Assembly: GCA_028692765.1 (NCBI GenBank)
Contig: JAQUWT010000004.1
Location: forward strand, 405 to 64,404
Length of the DNA: 64,000 bases
Direction: 5' to 3'
From: Patescibacteria group bacterium
Lineage (GTDB): Bacteria; Patescibacteriota; Patescibacteriia; Patescibacteriales; UBA12465
Positions 36,611-44,897 of the stretch are shown here, one piece after another (position 1 is the first letter of the stretch; each line of letters opens with the position of its first letter). The notes beneath the pieces were generated by a model, which did not search any database, was not told where the DNA came from, and saw only the letters and a program-made list of their open reading frames with translations. The position numbers were made by a program, and so were the translations under genes.

Positions 36611-37648
36611 TCAAAAAAATGGAAAGAAAATCCGCAAAGCCGCCATCAGCCAACGGCGGTGCCAGGCGAGGCGCTGAGAGGAGAAGCTCATTTTGGCGGC
36701 GCCATCGCGCCACCGCTTCCAAATCCTGAGCAAATCGGCTACCGCTTGCTTTTGCTCGAAAAACACCCCTAATTCAAGATTAAAATTAAAAGATAGAATA
36801 TCTAAATTCTGTGAACCGACTAAAGCCTCTTTATCATCGATTATCATTACTTTGGCATGATTCATTTCCGGGGTCAGATAAAAAGTCACGCCCGCCGGAG
36901 CTAAGCGGGAAGCATTAGCATAATTTATTTTATTTAGAAATTTAATATCCGTATCTTGAGGAATAATTATTTCCACCAATACCCCGCGGTGTACGGCATT
37001 ATCCAAAGAAGCTAGAAGCCAGCGCGGCGGCAAAAGATATGGAGTCACTATTTTAATAGAACTCTGCGCCTCCATTAATTTACGGCGATAGTAATTATTA
37101 AGGCTATATTTTTTTTCACCTATTTCCCAAGTATCAATCACCCAGGACTTGAACTTTTTTACCAAAGGCAAACGACTGCTAGCCAACACTTTAGCATCTC
37201 TACCGCCGCAACGCTCATAAGTATAAGCAAAAGAACGTAATAATGGCTTGACAATGCGGCCGCGGAGGCGAATCTGCAAATCATGCCAATGGCGTATTTT
37301 ATCCTCGATATTTACTCCGCCGAAAAAAGCGATTTTTTCATCAATAATTACCAGCTTGCGATGAGTGCGCTTGAGCCAGCGAGAAAAAAATATAAACTCT
37401 ACTCCGGCAGTTCGTAATTCGGCCACGGACACTGATTTCAAACTGATACTGCCGTAGGCATCGGCGATAACTATCACTTTTAATCCGGCTAAAGCCTTTT
37501 CTTTCAGCTTACCCAGGAAATCATGAGTCTGGCGGGTATCATCCAAAAAAATATACATTTCGATGTAAATAGACTGCTGAGCATTCTCAATGGCGCTTAA
37601 AATCCCGTCCCAGGCTTTATTGGAAGTAGTATAAAATTTATAACGCAT
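36611..37648 (-). CDS. phospholipase D / cardiolipin-synthase-like protein
   Basis: 345 aa; two HKD motifs (HRKLVIIDEKIAFFGGVNI and HAKVMIIDDKEALVGSQNL). Confidence 0.85.
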   Translation of the reverse strand: MRYKFYTTSNKAWDGILSAIENAQQSIYIEMYIFLDDTRQTHDFLGKLKEKALAGLKVIVIADAYGSISLKSVSVAELRTAGVEFIFFSRWLKRTHRKLVIIDEKIAFFGGVNIEDKIRHWHDLQIRLRGRIVKPLLRSFAYTYERCGGRDAKVLASSRLPLVKKFKSWVIDTWEIGEKKYSLNNYYRRKLMEAQSSIKIVTPYLLPPRWLLASLDNAVHRGVLVEIIIPQDTDIKFLNKINYANASRLAPAGVTFYLTPEMNHAKVMIIDDKEALVGSQNLDILSFNFNLELGVFFEQKQAVADLLRIWKRWRDGAAKMSFSSQRLAWHRRWLMAALRIFFPFF

Positions 37649-37723
37649 AGAACCATTATACCACGGAGATTAAAAAATAGGCAGATAAAAACCAGGCTAA
37701 CAGCCTGGTTTATTGTATATACT

Positions 37724-38524
37724 TTATGACAGTAAACTCTTAATATCCGGCAGAAAACGTTTGGCCTCGCGACGCCCGATATCAATTAAGGCTTGAGCCA
37801 CCGGCGGATCAAAGTATTTCTTATACCGGTTAGTCTGAATAAAGGCCGAGGTGTCGGGATTAATAACCACATCAGCTCCCCGCAGAGAATGCTTAGATAG
37901 ATTATGGACGGCGATGCGGGTCGCCCGCAAAGCCACTGTCGGCAAATTAAACCTTTTCTCCACAAATTCATGGTGATGATAAAGATTAACGGCTATAATC
38001 TTATCCGCGCCCATCTCTTGGACGAGATTAACCGGAACCGGATTACTCAAGCCGCCATCGACCAGCAGGCGCCCTTTGCTCCTGACGGGCTCAAATACCA
38101 GGGGAACGGAGGTGCTAGCCCTAACGGCCGTTGCCAGACGTCCTTGTTCCAAAGTACACGCCTGCCCACTAACAAGATCGGTAGCGACTATCTTTAAAGG
38201 CAAGCGACAATCGGAAAAATTCTTGCGCCCCAATACTCTTTCTAAAAATATTTCAAATTTACGTCCCGAAACCAAGCCGCCGCGAAAACCCAAATCAAAC
38301 AAAGTCGGCAATTTTTCCTTGTTGTTTAAAACGATTTCTTTCTCCAATAAATCTAAATCGGAATGGATAGAAAAATAGGCGCCGACTAAAGCGCCGATAG
38401 AGGTTCCGCTAATACAATCAATAGGGATATTGTTTTCTTGAAGCACTTGGATGACGCCTATATGAGCGAAGCCGCGGAAACCGCCACTGCCAAGAGCTAA
38501 ACCGATTTTAGAACGAGAAGGCAT
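37724..38524 (-). CDS. patatin-like phospholipase
   Basis: 266 aa; GSGGFRG oxyanion loop, GTSIG nucleophile elbow, DGG catalytic Asp. Confidence 0.88.
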   Translation of the reverse strand: MPSRSKIGLALGSGGFRGFAHIGVIQVLQENNIPIDCISGTSIGALVGAYFSIHSDLDLLEKEIVLNNKEKLPTLFDLGFRGGLVSGRKFEIFLERVLGRKNFSDCRLPLKIVATDLVSGQACTLEQGRLATAVRASTSVPLVFEPVRSKGRLLVDGGLSNPVPVNLVQEMGADKIIAVNLYHHHEFVEKRFNLPTVALRATRIAVHNLSKHSLRGADVVINPDTSAFIQTNRYKKYFDPPVAQALIDIGRREAKRFLPDIKSLLS

Positions 38525-38577
38525 ATAAAATAATAATTTTTACACCCTTAGTATAGCATAACGGAGGATAAAGACCA

Positions 38578-38610
38578 TAAAAAAAGCCGCACTACATTAA
38601 TAGTGCGGCC
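38578..38610 (-). terminator. terminator of the unknown two-gene operon
   Basis: minus strand GGCCGCACTA-ttaatg-TAGTGCGGC followed by UUUUUU. Confidence 0.7.
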
Positions 38611-38630
38611 ACACATCTTTACTAAACAAA

Positions 38631-39659
38631 CTAGTATCTGACGACGAGGTAAGCGCTAGCTGTTTTATATAGCACGTCATACCTAAATTCTACAATTAAG
38701 CTTCCCCTGTCTTTTGTATTCCAGCATTTATAAGCCTCTAGCGAAGGGGCAAAACGCCATTCTCCATCTATTAATTCGCTATTAATACCAGTGGCAACAG
38801 CAAGCCAGCCATGATTGATGTTCTTGCTTATAATTAGTTCATAATTATCAACGTTCCCAACACGGCGCCCATCAATCTTTAAAGCATACGTTCCCTTGGT
38901 GCTTATAGGACTAAAGTGCTTATAAAAGAAAATGGGGACTACCATATAGCTCGTGGCCTCGATATATAAATCCTGGCAAAAGAATTTGTCGTTGATTTCA
39001 CCAAAGCCGGATTGGGTACGAAACCAGAAATTTCCGGTTTTGACGTCATAGTTGACAAAGCTAAAATTGCCAAAACGCCCAATGTTCTTAGTGCCGACAA
39101 ACCCCCAATACTGTTCATAATCGCGGCCAACTTGAACGCCAGCGGAAACAAACAAATGTTCGGGATGATAAGCCGCCCAGGCGTAAACTACTCCGCCGTT
39201 ATCCCAGGAACTATGGACAGGATGGTAACCAAGGCCATAAGCCTCAGCGGTAAACCATTTATTGGCCACCCTCATGCCAACATAATCCCAAGGAATTTGA
39301 TTTTTGCCAATCATTCTGCCAACCTCTCCCATAACCGAAAATCTATTTATCTTGGAGGTCACCCAACCGTCAAAGGCAAACTGATTATTTATTTCGTCTC
39401 CGATTTTTACGACCATGCCGCTTATCTTGGTTATTGAGTCGCTCCAAATCTTAGGGAATGTAACCCCTAAAACGTCGCTAGCGGTCGCCTTATAATCATA
39501 GCGAAAATTGGCAATTGAAGTCTGCACTTCGGTCTTTAGTACCCCTAAATGTGCAGAAGTATCGGCACTTATGGCGCTCTCTATGTTGACCGACTGGCCC
39601 ATAGCTCCGCGACTCATAATGACGAAGAAAGCGAGAAGATGTATTCCTAAATTTTTCAT
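38631..39659 (-). CDS. secreted Trp/Tyr/Gly-rich beta-strand protein of unknown function (342 aa)
   Basis: Signal peptide MKNLGIHLLAFFVIMSRGAMG-QS, alternating hydrophobic pattern throughout, C-terminus ...ASAYLVVRY. Confidence 0.6.
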   Translation of the reverse strand: MKNLGIHLLAFFVIMSRGAMGQSVNIESAISADTSAHLGVLKTEVQTSIANFRYDYKATASDVLGVTFPKIWSDSITKISGMVVKIGDEINNQFAFDGWVTSKINRFSVMGEVGRMIGKNQIPWDYVGMRVANKWFTAEAYGLGYHPVHSSWDNGGVVYAWAAYHPEHLFVSAGVQVGRDYEQYWGFVGTKNIGRFGNFSFVNYDVKTGNFWFRTQSGFGEINDKFFCQDLYIEATSYMVVPIFFYKHFSPISTKGTYALKIDGRRVGNVDNYELIISKNINHGWLAVATGINSELIDGEWRFAPSLEAYKCWNTKDRGSLIVEFRYDVLYKTASAYLVVRY

Positions 39660-39735
39660 TGTGACTAATTTTTTGATTAAACATAATTATTTACATACTA
39701 TCTATTGCCACTATAAAAAGGCAATAAAAAAATAA

Positions 39736-40881
39736 TTATAAACTCAAAGGAATTGGGTCAGGAATACTTCGAAATCCCGCCTCTAATTTGCCATTTAACA
39801 AGCGAAACAACATAAAATTGCATAATGGCAGTGATGGCATAAATTCTTGCGTTCCGGAAATAGCGCCCCCCAGAGAATAATCATCAAAACTCGTAATATT
39901 CGGATGATGCCAGCATACAGCCGAGCAAGAAAAATTAACTACATCTTGATGATAATGACCTGCGACACCAAATCGTGGCCAAAAACTCAATACCAAGGTT
40001 ACCAATATAACCGGTAGTAACGAGTGACGAATAGCCAAACCGCCAGAATCGAGTCTTAGACGATAATCACTAAATCGCAGACTACTATTGGCAAACTTAC
40101 GCACATAAGCCAACTCATCATCGGCAATAAGAGCAAAAAGATTATGCTGGCGCCGTCTAAATTCAACCTCAAACGCCAGGCGACGAGCGCTATAACGCAA
40201 CTCCCTAGACCAAACACGGCCGATAACAACTGGATAAAAGACCACGCAAATGAAGAAACTGAAAGGATTGCTTATCTTCCAACTATCCTTTTCCTGGCGC
40301 CACCAAATGACAATGAGCACTAGGGCAAGTAAAATATTTTTTAGATAAGCTCGACAAAGCCATGCTAAAAACTTGAATAGGACACCTGACCAATATCCAG
40401 GAACAGCCATCTTTTTTTCTAAGGCCAACCTTCGGTAATAAGAATCAGGATCAACAAGGCGTTCATGTTTGTCGCGTTCCAAACTAATTCTTCCCATTAA
40501 AATTTCATAATCTTTTTCCGAATCATGAGCACGATGAAATTTAATACTGCGGTCAAAGATAGAAAGTAGCTGATTAATAGTTTGGCTTGCCTCAATGACG
40601 GCAAAACGATCAAATTCATTGCGCTTTTCACGTAAACGTATATCGCTTAAGTCAGCAAAATATACTTCTGGGGTATAATTTTGTTCGCCCAAAGATTGGG
40701 CCCGCTGCAACTTTTCATGTAAATATTGCCTATCCGCTTTTCCAAAATCAGGTTTGACTGGCGGTTGAGGACCGCTATCTATCCGAGAAAAAAGAGAAAA
40801 TAAGCCAATATTATAAAGAAAAATTACAGCCAACAGCGTTTTAACGGCCGCTAGCCCAATTTTTGTTTTCATAATATTCAT
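39736..40881 (-). CDS. hypothetical membrane protein (381 aa)
   Basis: N-terminal TM, soluble charged region, then about 4 TM segments; no motif recognised. Confidence 0.55.
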   Translation of the reverse strand: MNIMKTKIGLAAVKTLLAVIFLYNIGLFSLFSRIDSGPQPPVKPDFGKADRQYLHEKLQRAQSLGEQNYTPEVYFADLSDIRLREKRNEFDRFAVIEASQTINQLLSIFDRSIKFHRAHDSEKDYEILMGRISLERDKHERLVDPDSYYRRLALEKKMAVPGYWSGVLFKFLAWLCRAYLKNILLALVLIVIWWRQEKDSWKISNPFSFFICVVFYPVVIGRVWSRELRYSARRLAFEVEFRRRQHNLFALIADDELAYVRKFANSSLRFSDYRLRLDSGGLAIRHSLLPVILVTLVLSFWPRFGVAGHYHQDVVNFSCSAVCWHHPNITSFDDYSLGGAISGTQEFMPSLPLCNFMLFRLLNGKLEAGFRSIPDPIPLSL

Positions 40882-40899
40882 TTTTTAAGGTAATAAAGA

Positions 40900-40928
40900 A
40901 TTATATCATTAATTATTAAATTTGTCAA
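40900..40928 (-). promoter_or_regulatory. perfect consensus sigma70 promoter of the unknown operon
   Basis: minus strand TTGACA (40923-40928), exactly 17 nt, TATAAT (40900-40905); the start codon lies about 12 nt after the predicted TSS. Confidence 0.6.
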
Positions 40929-41093
40929 TGATAAAAATTACAAGTAAAAACTAGCCGGGGTTGGAAGATTGTCTAAAATGATGGTTTCTGGGGAGACCGA
41001 CAATATCCTGAAAATTATGAGCATCTTCGGATCTCATTGCCTAAACCCTCCTAAAAAAGCTTCAACAAAAACTAACTTGGACAGAAGCTCAAA

Positions 41094-41128
41094 CAAAAAG
41101 AGATTCCGTAAATATGGAATCTCTTTTA
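41094..41128. terminator. terminator hairpin downstream of tRNA-Glu
   Basis: GAGATTCC-gtaaatat-GGAATCTC with flanking A and T runs. Confidence 0.55.
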
Positions 41129-41133
41129 TATTG

Positions 41134-41205
41134 TAGTCCATAGGGGAATCGAACCCCTGTTACCAGGATGAAAACCTGGTGTCCTAACCACTAGACGAAT
41201 GGACC
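41134..41205 (-). tRNA. tRNA-Glu: tRNA-Glu (anticodon UUC)
   Basis: acceptor GGTCCAT/ATGGACT, anticodon stem CCAGG/CCTGG with loop TTTTCAT, T-loop TTCGATT. Confidence 0.9.
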
Positions 41206-41348
41206 GGATAAAAAAATAGAAACTTGGTTCCTAATTTCAAAAATATTGTATAGATATTTTCCGGCTTTGTCAAATAAAAAATCATATTAGCTAAGACTTC
41301 TCTTGCCTAATATTGCCTTTATTCTAAAAAGCCTTACAATAAGAATAT

Positions 41349-42386
41349 ATGTATATTCTTGGCATTGAAAGCAGTTGCGATGAAAGCGCCGCTTCAGTCC
41401 TTAAAGCCTCCGGACAAAAAGCGGAAATTTTAAGCAATATTATCGCTTCACAAATAAACATCCACGCCCAATATGGCGGAGTCATTCCGGAAATCGCCGC
41501 CCGCGAGCATGTTTTACATATCTTGCCCACTATTGATGCCTCCCTAAAACAGGCAAAAATCACAGCAAAAGACATCAAGGCAATCGCCGTTACCCAAGGA
41601 CCGGGACTAATAACCTCTCTTATTGCCGGGGTGGAAAGCGCTAAGGCGCTATCGCTAATTTGGAAAAAACCTTTAATTCCCGTCCACCATATTATCGGGC
41701 ATATCTATGCCAACTTTATTAACCGTCATCCGACCCCTAAATTTCCTCTCTTAGCCCTAGTAGTTTCCGGCGGCCACAGCAACCTTATTTACATGAAAGA
41801 ACACTACCAATTTAAAATAATCGGAGAAACCAGAGATGATGCCGCCGGCGAAGCCTATGACAAAGCCGCTAAGATGATGAGCTTAAGTTACCCCGGCGGA
41901 CCGATTATTGCCAAATACGCCGAGGAGCATCGCCAAAGCGGTAAAAAATGCACCCTTGAACTTCCCCGTCCGATGCTTAATTCCCCTGATTTTGATTTTT
42001 CCTTTTCCGGCCTTAAAACCGCCTTGTTATATCAATTGCAAAAAGACAAAAGCTGGAAAAAACGCTTACCTGAATACTGTTTTGCCTTTGAACAAGCAAT
42101 TATTGAGACTTTAATTCATAAAACCTTAAAAGCGGCCAATAAATATCAGCCAAAAAGCATTGTTTTAGCGGGCGGAGTGGCGGCAAATAATGCTCTTAGA
42201 ACACAATTATCGGCCAGTATTAAAGATAAAATGCCGACAATTAACTTATTTTTACCGGAAAAACAATACACCACCGATAATGCCGCTATGATTGCTGCTG
42301 CCGCTTATTTTAACTATTATAAGCATAAAAATAAAGCCTTTGTAGACTATTACCGCCTGAAGGCGCGCTGTGATCTCAAAATATAA
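41349..42386 (+). CDS. tsaD: tRNA N6-adenosine threonylcarbamoyltransferase TsaD
   Basis: 345 aa; ILGIESSCDES N-terminus, metal-binding HHIIGH, Kae1/TsaD layout. Confidence 0.93.
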   Translation: MYILGIESSCDESAASVLKASGQKAEILSNIIASQINIHAQYGGVIPEIAAREHVLHILPTIDASLKQAKITAKDIKAIAVTQGPGLITSLIAGVESAKALSLIWKKPLIPVHHIIGHIYANFINRHPTPKFPLLALVVSGGHSNLIYMKEHYQFKIIGETRDDAAGEAYDKAAKMMSLSYPGGPIIAKYAEEHRQSGKKCTLELPRPMLNSPDFDFSFSGLKTALLYQLQKDKSWKKRLPEYCFAFEQAIIETLIHKTLKAANKYQPKSIVLAGGVAANNALRTQLSASIKDKMPTINLFLPEKQYTTDNAAMIAAAAYFNYYKHKNKAFVDYYRLKARCDLKI

Positions 42387-42437
42387 TAATTTGCTTTTTT
42401 AAGCGCAATCCTTTAAAATAATCACATCCCGAAATAC

Positions 42438-42511
42438 GGCTCGATGGTGAAGTGGTCCAACACTGCAGTTTGCAAAACTGCCATTCGTGGGTTCGAATCC
42501 CACTCGAGCCT
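42438..42511 (+). tRNA. tRNA-Cys: tRNA-Cys (anticodon GCA)
   Basis: acceptor GGCTCGA/TCGAGCC, anticodon loop TTGCAAA, discriminator U73. Confidence 0.9.
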
Positions 42512-42523
42512 CAAATCATAAAA

Positions 42524-42561
42524 AGCTTTAGTCTAATTAATATTGGACTAAGGCTTTTTTG
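42524..42561 (+). terminator. terminator after tRNA-Cys
   Basis: GCTTTAGTC...GACTAAGGC stem followed by TTTTTT. Confidence 0.65.
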
Positions 42562-42588
42562 TTTATCATTAAAGGACATACTAAAACT

Positions 42589-42617
42589 TGTGGATAACTT
42601 GTGTTTCCTGTGTATAA
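42589..42617. promoter_or_regulatory. two DnaA-box matches
   Basis: TGTGGATAA (42589-42597, reverse complement TTATCCACA, perfect) and TGTGTATAA (42609-42617, reverse complement TTATACACA, fits TTATNCACA). Confidence 0.4.
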
Positions 42618-42726
42618 AAATTATTTTTTAGTCTAGAAATACCTAGACTTAAAAAGAAAAAATATCATTTATTTTACCTAATATTAAATAATATATTTAA
42701 TATTGGCAGAATAAACAAGGTCAGTC

Positions 42727-42755
42727 TTGCTTTGTCCCCAGATATATGCTATAAT
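42727..42755 (+). promoter_or_regulatory. strong sigma70-like promoter of an orphan noncoding unit
   Basis: TTGCTT (42727-42732), 17 nt, TATAAT (42750-42755) preceded by TGC. Confidence 0.55.
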
Positions 42756-42761
42756 ATCAAT

Positions 42762-43127
42762 AGTTAGAAAAAGTTCTCTTCACTAATTCTTGAATATTTT
42801 TATCGGAGCTAACACGATAAAGAATAGCAAAAATTGCTTACGGAGCAGAAAAAAGTGCTAATCAAAAAGAAGAAAAAGACTTAATAGAATCTAAAAAAGA
42901 AATTTTATCAAGTTTTTATCTGAAAATTAGCAAAATCAATTAAAATAAATAATTCTGCAAAGAAATTGGTAAGAGAAAAAGCTTAAAGTTAGCAAAGCTC
43001 CAAACATAATCCTGGAAAAAGATTGGCAAAAGCCAAAAAACAATTCACCAGGATTGGAGCTCAGACGAGGCCATTATTTATTACTTTATATATTATAAAG
43101 AGGGGCCCGTTCTGGGCTCCTTTTTTA
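42762..43127 (+). ncRNA. candidate about 365-nt A-rich noncoding RNA or long leader of ychF
   Basis: No ORF of 60 aa or more on either strand. Internal hairpin AGCTCC..AATCCTGG / CCAGGATT..GGAGCT (about 42996-43063). Ends in terminator GGGGCCC-gttct-GGGCTCC plus TTTTTT (43102-43126). Confidence 0.4.
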
Positions 43128-43209
43128 TTACAAAAATTAGGTCCTATATTTGCTTTTTTGCCTTATTTCTGATAAACAAATAAGAGTTAGATAATATATT
43201 TTAGATTTT

Positions 43210-44274
43210 ATGTCTCTTTCGATTGGTATTGTCGGTTTGCCTAACGTTGGCAAATCTACCTTATTTAATATTCTCACTAAAAAAAGCGTGGAGGCGGCTA
43301 ATTACCCTTTTTGCACAATCGACCCCAATGTCGGCGTGGTAAAAGTACCAGATAAACGCTTAGATAGCTTAGCGGCTGTTTCTAAACCGGTCAAAATTAT
43401 TCCCACCGCCATTGAATTCGTGGACATCGCCGGCTTAGTGGCTGGTGCCAGCAAAGGCGAGGGTCTTGGCAACCAATTTCTTGCCCATATCCGCGAATGC
43501 GACGCTATCTGTGAAGTCATACGTAATTTTCAAGACAAAAACATTATTCATGTTAGCGGCGCCGTTAACCCGCAGGCAGATAAAGACACAATCAATCTAG
43601 AATTAATCCTGGCCGACCTCGGCAGCATCGAGAAGCGATTGGATAAAACCAGAAGAGAAAGCAAAAGCGGCAATAAAGAATTGATTGCTCAAACGGAAAT
43701 TTTAGAAAAAATATACCAGCACTTAGAAAAAGGCTTAGCCGCCCGTTCGCTTGAATTTGCCGAAGAAGAAATGCCTTTTGTAAAAACTCTTAACCTGCTT
43801 ACCATCAAGCCCATCATCTATCTGCTCAACGCCGATGATTTAGAAAATATTCCCGACATAGGAGAGCTCGACGGTGAAATTATTGCTGTAAACGTCAAAA
43901 TGGAAGAAGAAATAGCCTCCTTACCAGAGGAAGAGCAAGCCGAATATGTCCGTGAACTCGGTTTAAATCAAAGCGGCTTGGATAAATTAATCGCGGCCTC
44001 ATATAAACTCCTCGGTCTAGACACCTTCTTTACTACCGGCCCGGACGAAACTAGAGCCTGGACCATAAAACACGGCGCCAAAGCGCCGGAAGCGGCCGGA
44101 GTTATCCATACCGACTTTATTAAAGGCTTTATCCGCGCCGAAGTGATAAACTGGGAACAATTCATTAACGCCGGCAGCGAAGCCAAAGCCAGAGAACAAG
44201 GATTGATTCGCACCGAGGGAAAAGATTACATCGTGCGCGACGGCGATGTTTGTAATTTTTTGGTCAATCGCTAA
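43210..44274 (+). CDS. ychF: ribosome-binding ATPase YchF
   Basis: 354 aa; P-loop GLPNVGKSTLFN, YchF/Ola1 coiled-coil insert and TGS-like C-terminus. Confidence 0.93.
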   Translation: MSLSIGIVGLPNVGKSTLFNILTKKSVEAANYPFCTIDPNVGVVKVPDKRLDSLAAVSKPVKIIPTAIEFVDIAGLVAGASKGEGLGNQFLAHIRECDAICEVIRNFQDKNIIHVSGAVNPQADKDTINLELILADLGSIEKRLDKTRRESKSGNKELIAQTEILEKIYQHLEKGLAARSLEFAEEEMPFVKTLNLLTIKPIIYLLNADDLENIPDIGELDGEIIAVNVKMEEEIASLPEEEQAEYVRELGLNQSGLDKLIAASYKLLGLDTFFTTGPDETRAWTIKHGAKAPEAAGVIHTDFIKGFIRAEVINWEQFINAGSEAKAREQGLIRTEGKDYIVRDGDVCNFLVNR

Positions 44275-44296
44275 TTTATTTACAATTATTTCTATT

Positions 44297-44324
44297 TAAA
44301 AATCCGCCCCTATGGCGGATTTTA
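44297..44324. terminator. bidirectional terminator
   Basis: aaaaATCCGCC-cctat-GGCGGATttt. Confidence 0.65.
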
Positions 44325-44326
44325 TC

Positions 44327-44887
44327 TTAACGAGATAAAGGAATCATCGGCGGACGGCTTGGCGGCGAAGAGGGAGTACTGGGATTAAGTGTCCCCATGC
44401 CTCCGGCCAAACCGGAACCGCGACGCTCCGCTTGTGCTTGGCTAATAGATACCATCGGACGAGCTGAGGGCCGATTAAGTCCCGGAGAAGAAACGCCGCT
44501 TAAGCCGGAACGGTTAGCCAATTGCGGCTGATTGGCTAAATGCGGAGCTTCGATTTCTTGTTCATCGGCGCGATTAATCTGAGCATGAGAAACATTACCG
44601 CTATCGCCCAAATGCTTTAAAACTTTTCTGACTAATATTTTTTGTCCGGCGGTAAGATTGGCGCTCTTATTAATTTGGCTTAAAGCGCTTTGTTGCTGAG
44701 TGTATTTAAAAGCGCCCTTGGCAATCAAATGCCTAGCCTTATAGACGGCTTTATTAATCGCTTCCTGATTAGAGGATAGAGAATTCATCAGGCTGCTGCT
44801 CTTTACTGCCGTTTTCAACTTCTTTTTAAAGCCTAGCGCGCTGAATTTTTCGCCGCCCTTAGGCAACATGTCAATGGCACCGCTCAT
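44327..44887 (-). CDS. hypothetical protein with Ser/Pro-rich C-terminus (186 aa)
   Basis: ORF only, 10 nt downstream of the methyltransferase gene. Confidence 0.45.
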   Translation of the reverse strand: MSGAIDMLPKGGEKFSALGFKKKLKTAVKSSSLMNSLSSNQEAINKAVYKARHLIAKGAFKYTQQQSALSQINKSANLTAGQKILVRKVLKHLGDSGNVSHAQINRADEQEIEAPHLANQPQLANRSGLSGVSSPGLNRPSARPMVSISQAQAERRGSGLAGGMGTLNPSTPSSPPSRPPMIPLSR

Positions 44888-44897
44888 AAATTTAAAA

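Noticed and set aside
36507-36729. ORFs 36507..36722(-) and 36544..36729(+)
   Set aside because: They overlap the 3' end of the PLD gene and the uvrA upstream spacer, are Arg/Ala-rich low-complexity translations, and have no start signals.
40978-41134. Small ORFs in the tRNA-Glu spacer: 52 aa on the plus strand running into the tRNA, and 28 aa on the minus strand with AGGAGG 9 nt upstream (ATG near 41036)
   Set aside because: Both are too short and unsupported. The plus ORF collides with the tRNA, and the minus ORF has a good RBS but nothing else. It is noted only as something to test with conservation or ribosome profiling.
42560-42760. Chromosomal replication origin (oriC)
   Set aside because: There are only two DnaA boxes, no dnaA/dnaN/gidA neighbours and no strand-bias switch evident from gene orientation. 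It is reported as a low-interest observation rather than called.
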